64,000 bases of DNA from Microcoleus sp. (GCA_052279835.1 CP181291.1:6016001-6080000); one strand, 5' to 3'; counted from the first letter of the stretch, positions 40,640-50,915 are shown. The notes: generated by a model not told the origin, from the sequence alone. Numbers and translations are program-made.

Positions 40640-41362
40640 ATGATTGGAATTTTCAAGAAATTCTTGAGTTGGAAAAAACATTTCCAACCTTTGGCGGGGG
40701 CGATCGCGATCGCCCTGATCCTATCCCAGATGGCTGTCTTGCCGGCATTGGCGACTGGTGTCTACGAAATGCCGATGTTGTCGGCTGGCGATCGTACTTG
40801 GGTATTCGACAAAGGCGATGTACTCAGCCGCAACAGCGAAAGCACGATTAGCAACGTGCTCGACAATTTGGAACAACAAACAGGGAAACAAATCCGGTTT
40901 GTTACCATCCACCGCTTAGACTACGGCGAAACTACGGCCACTTTCACCAAGCAACTATTTGAACAGTGGTTTCCCGCCACAGATGACCAGACTAATCAAA
41001 TTTTACTCGTTCTCGACACTGTTACCAACACTGCGGCAATTCGCACGGGGGAAGGGGTGAAATCCTTGCTAACGGATGAAATTGCCCAGAGTGTGGCTGG
41101 GGAAACCGTGCAAGTGCCGCTGCGGGAGGGTAACAAATACAATGAGGCGTTGACCGAGGCCAGTTCGCGCATTGCTACTGTTTTGTCGGGTGAACCAGAC
41201 CCGGGCGCGCCTGAAGTTGTGGACAACATTCAAGTCGAAGGCACCTTTAAGAAAGCTGAAGAAACAGACCAAGGTAATGCCACAGTTGTTGTGGTGGTGT
41301 TGTTGGTGTTGGCGACAGTGATTCCGATGGTGACTTATTTCTGGTATCAAGGTTTTTCGTGA
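40640..41362 (+). CDS. psb32: Photosystem II repair protein Psb32 (TPM domain)
   Basis: Signal peptide ending ALATGVYEMP, RFVTIHRLDYGE, LSGEPDPG, C-terminal TM segment ATVIPMVTYF. Confidence 0.88.
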   Translation: MIGIFKKFLSWKKHFQPLAGAIAIALILSQMAVLPALATGVYEMPMLSAGDRTWVFDKGDVLSRNSESTISNVLDNLEQQTGKQIRFVTIHRLDYGETTATFTKQLFEQWFPATDDQTNQILLVLDTVTNTAAIRTGEGVKSLLTDEIAQSVAGETVQVPLREGNKYNEALTEASSRIATVLSGEPDPGAPEVVDNIQVEGTFKKAEETDQGNATVVVVVLLVLATVIPMVTYFWYQGFS

Positions 41363-41421
41363 TCGGATACTGCGAGCTCGGATGAGTTGCCATTTTCTGA
41401 ATAAACTATGGCACTGTCGCA

Positions 41422-41805
41422 CTAATCTTGAACGTATTCTCGATCGCTCAATAGGGCCATTTCTGCCCGTACAAATTCCCGTCCCAAATAAGCCGCGTGA
41501 TCTAACATTGTCACTGGATTGGGGCGGGTTTCTTCGAGGATTTTGACGCAAAGTTCTTTGGCGGTTCTGCCGGTAAAAAGTGTAGACTGAGTGCGTTCTA
41601 CTTTGCCACGGGCGGGGATGGGTTTGCCGGTTTCGGGATCGACGGCGAGGCCTCTATCGTCGATGATGTTGGTGAAATGTTTGGCACAAATTAGGCTGGT
41701 TGTGCGATCGAGGTAGATGATGAAGTAGCCGCCTGGATCGAGGTCGATGTGGCGTTTGGATAGGTTGTCATCGATGGCGGTGAGGTTTTCCAAGGTTTGA
41801 CTCAT
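41422..41805 (-). CDS. DUF4346-like conserved protein
   Basis: LDPGGYFIIY, GRTAKEL, HAAYLGREFVRAE, EYVQD. Confidence 0.85.
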   Translation of the reverse strand: MSQTLENLTAIDDNLSKRHIDLDPGGYFIIYLDRTTSLICAKHFTNIIDDRGLAVDPETGKPIPARGKVERTQSTLFTGRTAKELCVKILEETRPNPVTMLDHAAYLGREFVRAEMALLSDREYVQD

Positions 41806-42069
41806 GGTTGGTGAAAGGAAGTAGATAATGGCTGTATTTTGTTTTGCTATTTCTAGTTTAGTCGGCTGCGGGACAAGTTTGGGAGTTTTTGGGCGATCGG
41901 CATTCTACGCGATATCTGTAGGGACTTACGGTTTGCCCTGTCCGGCGCTGGGTTTGGGTTCTAATTAGTATTATGAACCGCAGAGAGCGCAGAGAGCGCA
42001 GAGTGGAAGAACAGAGAGAAACAAAATGTGTTATTATGGGGTTGATTAAGATTTTGTATTAAATTATAG

Positions 42070-43038
42070 ATGAAATTTATAGATTTATTTTCGGGAATAG
42101 GAGGTTTCAGACAAGGTTTTGAAAAAGTTGGCTTTGAATGCGTTTTTTCCTGCGAAATCAACAGTAAATGTCGGCAAGTGTACGCAGAAAATTTTGGGGA
42201 AGTACCTTTTGCGGATATTAGTAACATCAATCCTACAGATTTAGCAGATTTTGATGTTTTAGTCGCCGGGTTTCCCTGTCAACCTTTTAGCATCTGTGGC
42301 AAAAAGCTAGGTTTTGAAGATACTAGAGGTACGCTATTTTTCGAGATTTGGAAAATTATAAAAGTAAAACAACCTCAAGTAGTTGTTCTGGAAAATGTCA
42401 AGCATTTAATCCATCACGACAAGGGAAATACCCTAAAAGTAATTATTGCCAGTCTAAGAGAGTTGGGGTACAGCGTAAATTATCAAATTCTGAATGCTAA
42501 AGACTTTGGCATTGCTCAGCATCGCGAAAGAATATTCATTATGGCGACTAAGGGTAAAGAATTCAATTTTTCTCGAATTAAAACCAAGTTTCCTCCAAAA
42601 CTAAAACTAAGGGAGTTTCTAGACGAGACGGGGGATTTTGAAATATTGGATAAATCGGAGTATACTTTAATTGAATATCCCAGAAAGCAAGATTCAGGAC
42701 TTTTATTTGTAGGTTACAGAAATAAAGGTACTTGGAAAACTGGCGTGAGGCCAAATACAGAACATCTATCGAGGGTTCACCGACAGCCTAATCGTATTTA
42801 TTCGGTAGATGGCGTGCATCCGACAATTCCTTCCCAAGAAACATCGGGCAGGTTTTTTATCTATTTTCCCGATCGAGATATGGTGAGAAAGTTAACGCTG
42901 AAGGAATGTTATCGTTTGATGGGTTTTCCTGAAGATTTTAAGAGTTATCCAAGTGCGGGGGAAAGTTACAAGCAAATTGGGAATTCGGTTTGCGTGCCGG
43001 TGGTGGAGGCGATCGCCAAAGAAATACTCGATGGTTGA
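42070..43038 (+). CDS. dcm: DNA cytosine-5 methyltransferase, no intact cognate endonuclease seen
   Basis: FSGIGG, AGFPCQPFS, RGTLFF, ENV, QHRER and YKQIGNSV motifs. Confidence 0.93.
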   Translation: MKFIDLFSGIGGFRQGFEKVGFECVFSCEINSKCRQVYAENFGEVPFADISNINPTDLADFDVLVAGFPCQPFSICGKKLGFEDTRGTLFFEIWKIIKVKQPQVVVLENVKHLIHHDKGNTLKVIIASLRELGYSVNYQILNAKDFGIAQHRERIFIMATKGKEFNFSRIKTKFPPKLKLREFLDETGDFEILDKSEYTLIEYPRKQDSGLLFVGYRNKGTWKTGVRPNTEHLSRVHRQPNRIYSVDGVHPTIPSQETSGRFFIYFPDRDMVRKLTLKECYRLMGFPEDFKSYPSAGESYKQIGNSVCVPVVEAIAKEILDG

Positions 43039-43095
43039 AACCGCCGAGTATTATCAGGGGTTTTTAACCCGGATTTATTCTGAAAACTTGCTCAG

Positions 43096-43482
43096 CTATG
43101 TTTGCGAAGGTGTCCATACAATTCTCGATCGCTCTGCTAACAAATCAGCTAATCTTTCAGCCCTATCTCGATCATCTTTCACATAAGGTAAACCGAATAT
43201 CTGAGCATGGGAGTCAGAGTCAGGTATTGCGTCTAAACCTAATTCGCGAATTTGTCCTACTTGGAGACTAGCAACTCCGTAACAATTTTGGAATTTTGCC
43301 GCACATTGTTCTGGTGAACAAACACTGGCAATTGTTACCGATAAACCCCGTTCATTTGGGCGAAGTAAATAAGCGGAAAATGAAACTATAGCGCTGGTTT
43401 CATCAATCCATTGTCTCCGAAGTAAAGCTCTATAGACGATAGCACTGTCATCTAAAGAATCGAAGGGATAGTTTGTAGTCAT
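43096..43482 (-). CDS. Hypothetical protein with ART/RES-like motif spacing
   Basis: 128-aa ORF with IVYR, GLSV and HAQI motifs. The fold call is inference. Confidence 0.75.
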   Translation of the reverse strand: MTTNYPFDSLDDSAIVYRALLRRQWIDETSAIVSFSAYLLRPNERGLSVTIASVCSPEQCAAKFQNCYGVASLQVGQIRELGLDAIPDSDSHAQIFGLPYVKDDRDRAERLADLLAERSRIVWTPSQT

Positions 43483-43609
43483 AATTATTTAGTGATAACG
43501 ATGTCATTCGCAAAAAAATATGATAAATTTTATTCACGAATAATCAATATTCTAGCACTTCATTACATCTTTAGGACTACATCTGATTCACTTCGAGAAG
43601 ATTTATAGG

Positions 43610-44020
43610 TCATACCTTGTTAAACCACTCTAGCCAATGAACTAACGTTGACGCGGAAATGAGATCTTCGGATTTGTATTCCTGATTCTTTTGATGATAA
43701 ATGTAAGCTTTTTCCTCTGCATTAGATGGGCAAAACAAGCGTACTCTCCGATCGGCATTTATATTTTCCCAAGCAAGTCTAATACTACCTTGGTCATCAG
43801 TACCAGTAGAGCATTTAGGAAAACTGTTGCCCATGCTATCATAGGCCTCAACCACCAATTTCATCGCTGTCCTGAAAGCATACTCAGTCGGTCTCAAAAT
43901 CCCGTATTCATCCTCTTCTTCTAAGTCTAAAAGTTCGATCAGACGTTCAACGGTGATGCGGAAATTTGATAAACCACTATTGCTGATGCTATCAGTAATC
44001 TGTTCCTTCGCTATAGTCAT
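43610..44020 (-). CDS. Hypothetical acidic protein, upstream partner of 43096-43482
   Basis: 136-aa ORF on the same strand, 127 bp upstream. EEEDEYGILRP and TDDQGSIRLAW motifs. Confidence 0.75.
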   Translation of the reverse strand: MTIAKEQITDSISNSGLSNFRITVERLIELLDLEEEDEYGILRPTEYAFRTAMKLVVEAYDSMGNSFPKCSTGTDDQGSIRLAWENINADRRVRLFCPSNAEEKAYIYHQKNQEYKSEDLISASTLVHWLEWFNKV

Positions 44021-44195
44021 AAGATTAAATTCCTTTTAGCCGATCGCCAATTTGATTCTAACACAGTCTCCGACAGCCGGAATGACCGGGAATATCGCCC
44101 ATCCCAAATCTCGCATTGATTGACTTAGTACCAAATTCCTGTAAAATATTGATATCAAAAATTTTACTATAAATAAAAATTAGAGAGGTAGCACT

Positions 44196-46841
44196 TTGAA
44201 CTTCTCCAGTAAAAATGTATCGGTAAGTACGAACCCACTGTCACTGACGGTGACAGACTTCGATCGAGATGGGAAAGCCGACTTAGTTGTACCAAATTTA
44301 GGCAGCAATAGCATCTCTTTGTTCGCTAATGCTGGCTCTGGAAACTTTGATTTCAAATTGGACAAAAATGTGGGAAGCGCACCCACTAGAGTTTTAGCAG
44401 CCGATTTTATTAATGGAGATAATAGACCCGAACTCTTGGTAGCAAATAGCGGAGATAGTAGCATATCATTGCTATTAAATAGCAAGTTAGGATTCATTAA
44501 TTTTCCAACCTTTAGCTTTGGTAATCTGCCTTTTCCTGACGCGGCGATTGCGGCGGATTTTGATGGGGATAGTAAACTAGATTTTGCTGTCGTCAATGGG
44601 AAGCAGAATGTGGCAGTTTTGATGCTAAACCGTGGTTTCAGCTTTATTTTGCAGCCAGCCATTCCTGTTGGTACTAATCCTGTGGCGATGACGGCGATTG
44701 ATTTTAATGTTGATGGTAAAATCGATTTGGCGATCGCCAACGAAGATAGCAATAATGTGACTTTGTTGCTGAATGCTGGTGGTGGTAACTTGACAAAAAT
44801 GCCAGCAGATATAGTTGTTGGTAATTCTCCAATTTCGATCGCCACGGGTGACTTTAATAACGATGGTTTTCCCGATCTGGCGATCGCCAATACAGCCAGC
44901 AACAGCATTTCAGTTTTGTTGAATTCTCAGGGTAGCAGTTTCACCAAACAGCCAGATATTACTGTTGGTAATTCTCCAAGTTCGATCGCCAGTGGTGACT
45001 TTAATAACGATGGTTTGGCTGATTTGGCGATCGCCAACCAAGGTAGCAATAACATCTCAGTGCTGCTAAACTCTGATGCTGGTAAGTTTACCAAACAGCC
45101 AGAAATTCCAGTAGGATCTCGTCCCTCCTCACTTGCGACTGCTGACTTCAATGGTGATGGTAAACTCGATCTGGTTGTGGCGAATGAATTGAGCAAAAGC
45201 TTCACAGTGCTCATCAATGAGGGTACTCCAACTCCGACAACGCCAACTCCGACAACGCCAACTCCAACAACGCCAACTCCGACAACGCCAACTCCAACAA
45301 CGCCAACTCCGACAACGCCAACTCCGACAACGCCAACTCCGACAACTCCGACTCCGGTAACAACTCCGACTCCGGCGACAACGCCAACTCCGGCGACAAC
45401 TCCGACTCCGGCGACAACTCCGACTCCGGCGACAACGCCAACTCCGGCGACAACTCCGACTCCGGCGACAACGCCAACTCCGGCGACAACTCCGACTCCG
45501 GCGACAACTCCGACTCCGGCGACAACTCCGACTCCGGCGACAACTCCGACTCCGGTAACAACTCCGACTCCGGCGACAACTCCGACTCCGGCGACAACGC
45601 CAACTCCGGCGACAACTCCGACTCCGGTAACAACTCCGACTCCGGTAACAACTCCGACTGCGGTAACAACTCCGACTCCGGCGACAACTCCGACTCCGGT
45701 AACAACGCCAACTCCGGCGACAACTCCGGTATCAATTCCTACACTACCTCTTACCCTCTCAACCACGCCCACTGAAATTACTCAGCCATTAAATTTCGTC
45801 GATCTCAGTCAGATCGAGAAGATAATTACCACATCCACGCCAACACCAGCACTAGCACCAACACCCACACCAACACCCGTACCAACGCCAACACCTGTAA
45901 CGACTCCGATTCGTGCGATCGCACCAACACCCACACCAACACCCGTACCAACGCCAACACCTGTAACGACTCCGATTCGTGCGATCGCACCAACACCCAC
46001 ACCAACACCCACACCAACACCAACACCTGTAACGACTCCGATTCGTGCGATCGCACCTACACCCACACCAACATCCGTATCAACGCCAACACCTGTAACG
46101 ACTCCCATACCAGCACCCATAGTTTCCATCCAAACCTCTCTCCCCAATACCACCGATAGTGGTGAAGCAACAGGAATCCCTGAAAATGTACGGGGAGAAG
46201 GGTTTTGCCTCCTAACAGACGGATCTGATACTGTGATTCCAGAAGTAGCAGCTAAGACAGGAATTAGTGCTTTATCGGGTAATGACTTACTCACAGCTAC
46301 AGAAAATGACGATTTGATCAATGGTAATCAAGGAGCAGATACCCTAGCCGGAGTTGGGGGCAATGATATTTTGCTGGGCGGGAAAGGTTCTGATTTTCTA
46401 GATGGCGGTTTTGGCAAAGATTTTCTCAGTGGTAACAATGATAATGACACCTTAATAGGAGGAGATGGTAATGATGTTTTGCAGGGTGGCAAGGGAGATG
46501 ATATTCTCAATGGCGGTGCTGATGATGACGTATTAATTGGGGATTTTGGTCAAGATATACTCATTGGTGGTAGTGGCAATGATGCGTTTATGTTTGCGGA
46601 AAATCAGGCGATCGCATCCATCGAGCTGGCTGATGTAATTATAGATTTTTCTCAGGGTGATGCTATTGGTTTGAGTGGAGGCATTGCCTATGCTCAATTA
46701 TCTTTTGAGCCTGTGTTATTACAGATAGATGGTGGGATGCCAAAGGCTTCTGTGGCGATTAAGGTTAATTCTGATTATTTGGCGATCGTCTTTGACATTG
46801 ATGCTAGCTATCTAACTGCTGATGTTTTCTTCACTACCTAG
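44196..46841 (+). CDS. FG-GAP/VCBS beta-propeller protein with a Pro/Thr linker and RTX Ca-binding repeats
   Basis: Seven DF(N/D)xDGxxDL-type repeats, a PTPTT/PTPATT array and GGxGxDxL nonapeptides. TTG start. Confidence 0.9.
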   Translation: MNFSSKNVSVSTNPLSLTVTDFDRDGKADLVVPNLGSNSISLFANAGSGNFDFKLDKNVGSAPTRVLAADFINGDNRPELLVANSGDSSISLLLNSKLGFINFPTFSFGNLPFPDAAIAADFDGDSKLDFAVVNGKQNVAVLMLNRGFSFILQPAIPVGTNPVAMTAIDFNVDGKIDLAIANEDSNNVTLLLNAGGGNLTKMPADIVVGNSPISIATGDFNNDGFPDLAIANTASNSISVLLNSQGSSFTKQPDITVGNSPSSIASGDFNNDGLADLAIANQGSNNISVLLNSDAGKFTKQPEIPVGSRPSSLATADFNGDGKLDLVVANELSKSFTVLINEGTPTPTTPTPTTPTPTTPTPTTPTPTTPTPTTPTPTTPTPTTPTPVTTPTPATTPTPATTPTPATTPTPATTPTPATTPTPATTPTPATTPTPATTPTPATTPTPATTPTPVTTPTPATTPTPATTPTPATTPTPVTTPTPVTTPTAVTTPTPATTPTPVTTPTPATTPVSIPTLPLTLSTTPTEITQPLNFVDLSQIEKIITTSTPTPALAPTPTPTPVPTPTPVTTPIRAIAPTPTPTPVPTPTPVTTPIRAIAPTPTPTPTPTPTPVTTPIRAIAPTPTPTSVSTPTPVTTPIPAPIVSIQTSLPNTTDSGEATGIPENVRGEGFCLLTDGSDTVIPEVAAKTGISALSGNDLLTATENDDLINGNQGADTLAGVGGNDILLGGKGSDFLDGGFGKDFLSGNNDNDTLIGGDGNDVLQGGKGDDILNGGADDDVLIGDFGQDILIGGSGNDAFMFAENQAIASIELADVIIDFSQGDAIGLSGGIAYAQLSFEPVLLQIDGGMPKASVAIKVNSDYLAIVFDIDASYLTADVFFTT
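45225..46110 (+). repeat. Intragenic minisatellites (15-, 18- and about 66-bp units) encoding the Pro/Thr linker
   Basis: CCAACTCCGACAACG units, then ACAACTCCGACTCCGGCG units, then ACGACTCCGATTCGTGCGATCGCACC three times. Confidence 0.92.
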
Positions 46842-47037
46842 TAGATGATAGATAACTAAACTTGTACTCGGTGATTGAAGCCTTGTTCTGTGCTACTGTG
46901 GTTTCATATCAAATCTGTAATATCAAATCCGTTGACATAGGAATTATTATTTCTCTCTTCTCTTCCTTCGCGTCCTTTGCGCCTTCGTGGTTAAATCATT
47001 CCATAACTCCTCGGCCTTAAAAAAGAAAGATTATCTA

Positions 47038-47152
47038 TTGACTTTGGTTGATTTTTTGTGGTATATTTTAGATAATGGGAGTGGTGGCAAAAATAAAATT
47101 TTTGCCACCACTCCCATTATTAGATTGTACTTTATTAATTCCTCGAAGTCAA
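47038..47152. promoter_or_regulatory. Two convergent sigma70-like promoters flanking a perfect 23-bp palindrome (47072-47120)
   Basis: Plus strand TTGACT(47038)-18-TATATT. Minus strand TTGACT(47152)-17-TACAAT. Stem ATAATGGGAGTGGTGGCAAAAAT with loop AAA. Confidence 0.55.
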
Positions 47153-47249
47153 GTGTTTAACCCTAAAAAAAAAGGCGATTTTTTTATATATCACAAAAAT
47201 AAAATTTAATTACTGAATTCGTTACTAGGAATAATGTGGAAGAAAGGAC

Positions 47250-47372
47250 TAATACCAAATGCGGCTTAAATACCCCCTTGATTTCTGAGTCTGTGGAGGG
47301 AGACTTGCTTTCACAAGTAGCGGTTTCAACCGCATAATCATCAAGGGGGTGAAAAACTCGGATTCAGTATAA
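47250..47372. repeat. MITE-like dispersed repeat
   Basis: ACCCCCTTGAT...ATCAAGGGGGT inverted repeat around AGTC...GCGGTTTCAACCGC, a motif also seen at 5177-5224. Confidence 0.5.
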
Positions 47373-47393
47373 AGTCCTGACTAGAAACATTAA

Positions 47394-49202
47394 TTATGCT
47401 GGAACTTGGATTTTTTCGGTGCCGGCAAGTTCAAAGGCTGTGTGAATTGCGCGCAAAGCTGTTACGCCTTGTTCTTCATCCACCACGCAGCTAATTTTAA
47501 TCTCGGAAGTCGCAATCATTTGAATGTTGATTTGGTGCCGGGAAAGGGCTTCAAACATTTTTGCTGCTACTCCTGGATGGGCGATCATCCCGGAACCGAC
47601 TACGCTAACTTTCGCAATTTGTGTATCGACGGAAACTTCGCCCCATCCCAATTCTGGGGCGGCTTTTTCGAGGACTATTTTAGCAACTTCGGCATCGATT
47701 TGTGCTACGGTAAATGCAATGTCGCGAGTCAATATGCCGTCGATATTGTGGCAGCGCTGGGACTGAATGATGGTGTCTACGCTGATGTTTTCCTCGGCTA
47801 ACAATCCAAACAGTTTTGCTGCGACTCCGGGGCGATCGGGCAAATGACGAATTGCTAGACGTGCTTGGTTGGAATCTAGGGCTACAGCCCTGACGGCGGC
47901 GGGTTTTGGAGATGGGGAATTGAGGGCGAGGGGAGAGTTGGAGACATCAAAAGTTTTGCAGAGTTCGGCAACTGCCCGATCGCAATCGACAGCATCGATC
48001 GTACAACTAACTTTGACCTCGGAAGTGGAAATCATTTGAATGTTAATTCCCGCATCCGCTAAAGTCTTAAACATTTCGGCTGCAACCCTGGGACGCCCGA
48101 TCATTCCGGCCCCTGCAATGCTAACTTTAGCTATGGGTCGCTCTTCGGCTTTGACTTCCGGTTCTCCCAATTCTGGGCGAGAATTTTTGCCGAGGGCGGG
48201 GATAATTGCATCTGCAACAGCGGTGGCTTGTTGTAGAGAATTTCGCGTGACGGTAAAGGCAATATCGTTGGTATTTCCTTCGTGAATTGATTGGATAATT
48301 AAGTCTACATCGAGATTTTGCTGGGCGATCGCACCAAATAACCGCGCTGCTACTCCGGGGCGATCGGGCAAACGCAGCAACGACACCCCCGCCTGATCCA
48401 GGTCAAATTCCACCGCATCCACGGCTTTGGCGAGCTCCAAGCCCTCTAAAGGCCGTGGTTGGGGGGGAGGCGACACTACCCGCGTACCGGGGGCATCACT
48501 CCAACTAGACAGCACTACCAAGGGCATTCCGTAATTCTTGGCAATTTCTACCGCCCGCGGGTGCAGCACTTTTGCACCCAAACTCGCCAATTCCAGCATT
48601 TCGTCGCAGGTGATCTCATCCATCAACTGGGCGTTGGCTACTAAGCGCGGATCTGTTGTCAAAATTCCGGGTACGTCAGTATAAATTTCGCACCTGTCGG
48701 CGCGCAATGCAGCCGCGATCGCCACTGCGGAAGTGTCGGAACCGCCTCGCCCCAGGGTCGTAATTTCTAGTTCTTCGGCATCGGCGATACCTTGGAAACC
48801 TGCCACTACAACAACTTTACCGCTGTTGAGCTGACTTTCAATGCGAGTCGGATCGATGCGCAAAATCCGGGCGCGGGTGTGGGCGGCTTCGGTGACGATG
48901 CCGACTTGGGCTCCTGTCAGGGAGATGGCGGGTTGTCCGAGTTCCTGTAATGCCATACTCAGAAGTGCGATCGACACTTGTTCGCCCGTGGAGAGCAACA
49001 TATCCATTTCCCGCTTGTTGGGCGTTGCGGAAATTTCCTTAGCCAGTTTTACCAAGCCGTCGGTGGTTTTACCCATGGCGGAAACGACGACAACTAGCGA
49101 ATTGCCTAGCTGTGCGGTTTTGACAACTCGTCTGGCTACTTCGAGAATCCGTGAGACTGTTCCTACCGAACTCCCGCCATATTTTTGAACTATTAGTGGC
49201 AT
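47394..49202 (-). CDS. lysC: Aspartate kinase (cyanobacterial type with four ACT domains)
   Basis: VQKYGGSSV, TLGRGGSDTSA, YTDVPG and duplicated ACT pairs. Confidence 0.97.
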   Translation of the reverse strand: MPLIVQKYGGSSVGTVSRILEVARRVVKTAQLGNSLVVVVSAMGKTTDGLVKLAKEISATPNKREMDMLLSTGEQVSIALLSMALQELGQPAISLTGAQVGIVTEAAHTRARILRIDPTRIESQLNSGKVVVVAGFQGIADAEELEITTLGRGGSDTSAVAIAAALRADRCEIYTDVPGILTTDPRLVANAQLMDEITCDEMLELASLGAKVLHPRAVEIAKNYGMPLVVLSSWSDAPGTRVVSPPPQPRPLEGLELAKAVDAVEFDLDQAGVSLLRLPDRPGVAARLFGAIAQQNLDVDLIIQSIHEGNTNDIAFTVTRNSLQQATAVADAIIPALGKNSRPELGEPEVKAEERPIAKVSIAGAGMIGRPRVAAEMFKTLADAGINIQMISTSEVKVSCTIDAVDCDRAVAELCKTFDVSNSPLALNSPSPKPAAVRAVALDSNQARLAIRHLPDRPGVAAKLFGLLAEENISVDTIIQSQRCHNIDGILTRDIAFTVAQIDAEVAKIVLEKAAPELGWGEVSVDTQIAKVSVVGSGMIAHPGVAAKMFEALSRHQINIQMIATSEIKISCVVDEEQGVTALRAIHTAFELAGTEKIQVPA

Positions 49203-49401
49203 ATACTCTACAGAAAATAATGCAATACTTAAGTTAATATACGCAAATTTTAGATGATAACCGATGAAGGTTTATATCGATTTTGAGGATGCTGTTAGCC
49301 CCAGGGGCTTTTTTCTTTGAGATTGGAGGCCGACCATCTGGTTCGGCGTTACCAGCCAGAGCCGAATCATGAAAAAATATAATTTAGATTGGAAAAGGAA
49401 G

Positions 49402-50058
49402 ATGAGTCAGTACAAGTTAATTATTTTTGATTTTGATGGTACTTTGGCAATTACTCACAATGCTATTATATCTTGCATCACTAAAACTTTTGAAAAATTC
49501 CTGCTAGTACCACCGACTGCCGATCTAATTCGATCCACGATCGGTATTAATTTAGCCAAGACTTTTCAAATCCTCCATCCTGCGATCGAAGCAACAGAAA
49601 TTCCCCTGTGGGTTGAAACTTATCGTTACTATTATCGCACCGAAGGTGAAAAACAACTGGCTTTATTTTCTGGGACTAAGGAAATATTGCAGCTAGCAAA
49701 AAAAGCGGAATTAATTCTGGGAGTTGTCAGTAACAAACACGTTAATTTTGTTAATTTGTTCTTGGAAAGATTGAATGTTAACACCTTTTTCGATTTGATT
49801 ATAGGAGATGATGGAGAAATGGTTCAAAAGCCAGACCCAACTGTATTTTACTCAATTATCAAACCACTTTTTCCCGAATTGAATAATAGTGAAGTTTTAA
49901 TGGTTGGTGATACAGCAGTGGATTTGCTGTTTGCTAAAAATGCTCAGATTGATGCTTGTTGGGCGGCTTATGGCTATGGCGATCGCCATGAATGTCTTTC
50001 CCTCGAACCAACTTTTATAATTAACAATATTGAAGAACTTTCTTCAATCATTATATAG
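49402..50058 (+). CDS. HAD-family hydrolase (phosphoglycolate phosphatase-like)
   Basis: FDFDGTL, VSNK, KPDP, MVGDT. Confidence 0.9.
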   Translation: MSQYKLIIFDFDGTLAITHNAIISCITKTFEKFLLVPPTADLIRSTIGINLAKTFQILHPAIEATEIPLWVETYRYYYRTEGEKQLALFSGTKEILQLAKKAELILGVVSNKHVNFVNLFLERLNVNTFFDLIIGDDGEMVQKPDPTVFYSIIKPLFPELNNSEVLMVGDTAVDLLFAKNAQIDACWAAYGYGDRHECLSLEPTFIINNIEELSSIII

Positions 50059-50191
50059 CTTTTTTAGTAAATGGTTATTGGTTATTTGTTATTTGTTATT
50101 TGTTATTTGTTATATCGAAATCACTCAAACTGGTCATGGCAATTACCCCTTGCCTCACCTAACTGAGACAGGCTCTATAGCTTTTGCGTCC

Positions 50192-50887
50192 TCAGATTTC
50201 ATCTATGTCTATCTGCTTTTTTCCCACAAGTTCTTGATGACATATATGCCAAAAATACAGTGCTAAATTTATTAGAGCTAATAATTTAGTGCCATCTTCT
50301 AACATAGCATGGACTCCTTGACTTTTGCCTGCGAAGATATCTTCTAATCGGGAAATGGCAAATAACATAAATGCTGCTATTAATGGCAAGTAAGGAGTAG
50401 TTTTGATGAACTTCCAAAATCTCAGACTCCACGCCAAAATGCCACTGGCATAACACAAATAAATTAATTTCTTGGATACCCCTAAACCAGAAAGAATCAA
50501 AGTCATCCTAAATCTGTCATCTAGGAAAAATACTCCCAACAATAAAGCGCTAAAAAATAAGAAGCTTTGGGCGGGAGTGCGATGATTTTTTTGGCGCAGC
50601 ACTCCGAACGTAAATGCACAAATTGTTACGGGAATTGACCAAAATAATTCGGAGATTCCTGTTAAAATGCCTTCGTAAGGCAACCAGAAATTAAACGGAT
50701 CGCTAAACAGGCGTTCAACTCCATATCCCTTGTTGGTAATTTTGGCATATATACTGATTCCAACCAACATTAAGATAGTCAAAGTGTTAAATACAACCAA
50801 AAAAGGGACGGTGAAAAAATGTTTTTTAAGTAAGTTCACAAAACTAAATAAATGGATTTTTTTTTCAAATAAAGAGGGGGGCTTCAT
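50192..50887 (-). CDS. Hypothetical integral membrane protein
   Basis: About six hydrophobic segments; LDDRF and EDGTKL motifs. Confidence 0.75.
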   Translation of the reverse strand: MKPPSLFEKKIHLFSFVNLLKKHFFTVPFLVVFNTLTILMLVGISIYAKITNKGYGVERLFSDPFNFWLPYEGILTGISELFWSIPVTICAFTFGVLRQKNHRTPAQSFLFFSALLLGVFFLDDRFRMTLILSGLGVSKKLIYLCYASGILAWSLRFWKFIKTTPYLPLIAAFMLFAISRLEDIFAGKSQGVHAMLEDGTKLLALINLALYFWHICHQELVGKKQIDIDEI

Positions 50888-50915
50888 AGAAAATATCTCC
50901 TATTAATAGAGGGAT

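Noticed and set aside
44927..46321. Long antisense ORFs (VGV/PESEL repeats)
   Set aside because: Shadow frames of the Pro/Thr minisatellite in the + strand gene.
49203..49400. Lysine or other riboswitch upstream of lysC
   Set aside because: Only short hairpins are present and no recognisable aptamer motifs.
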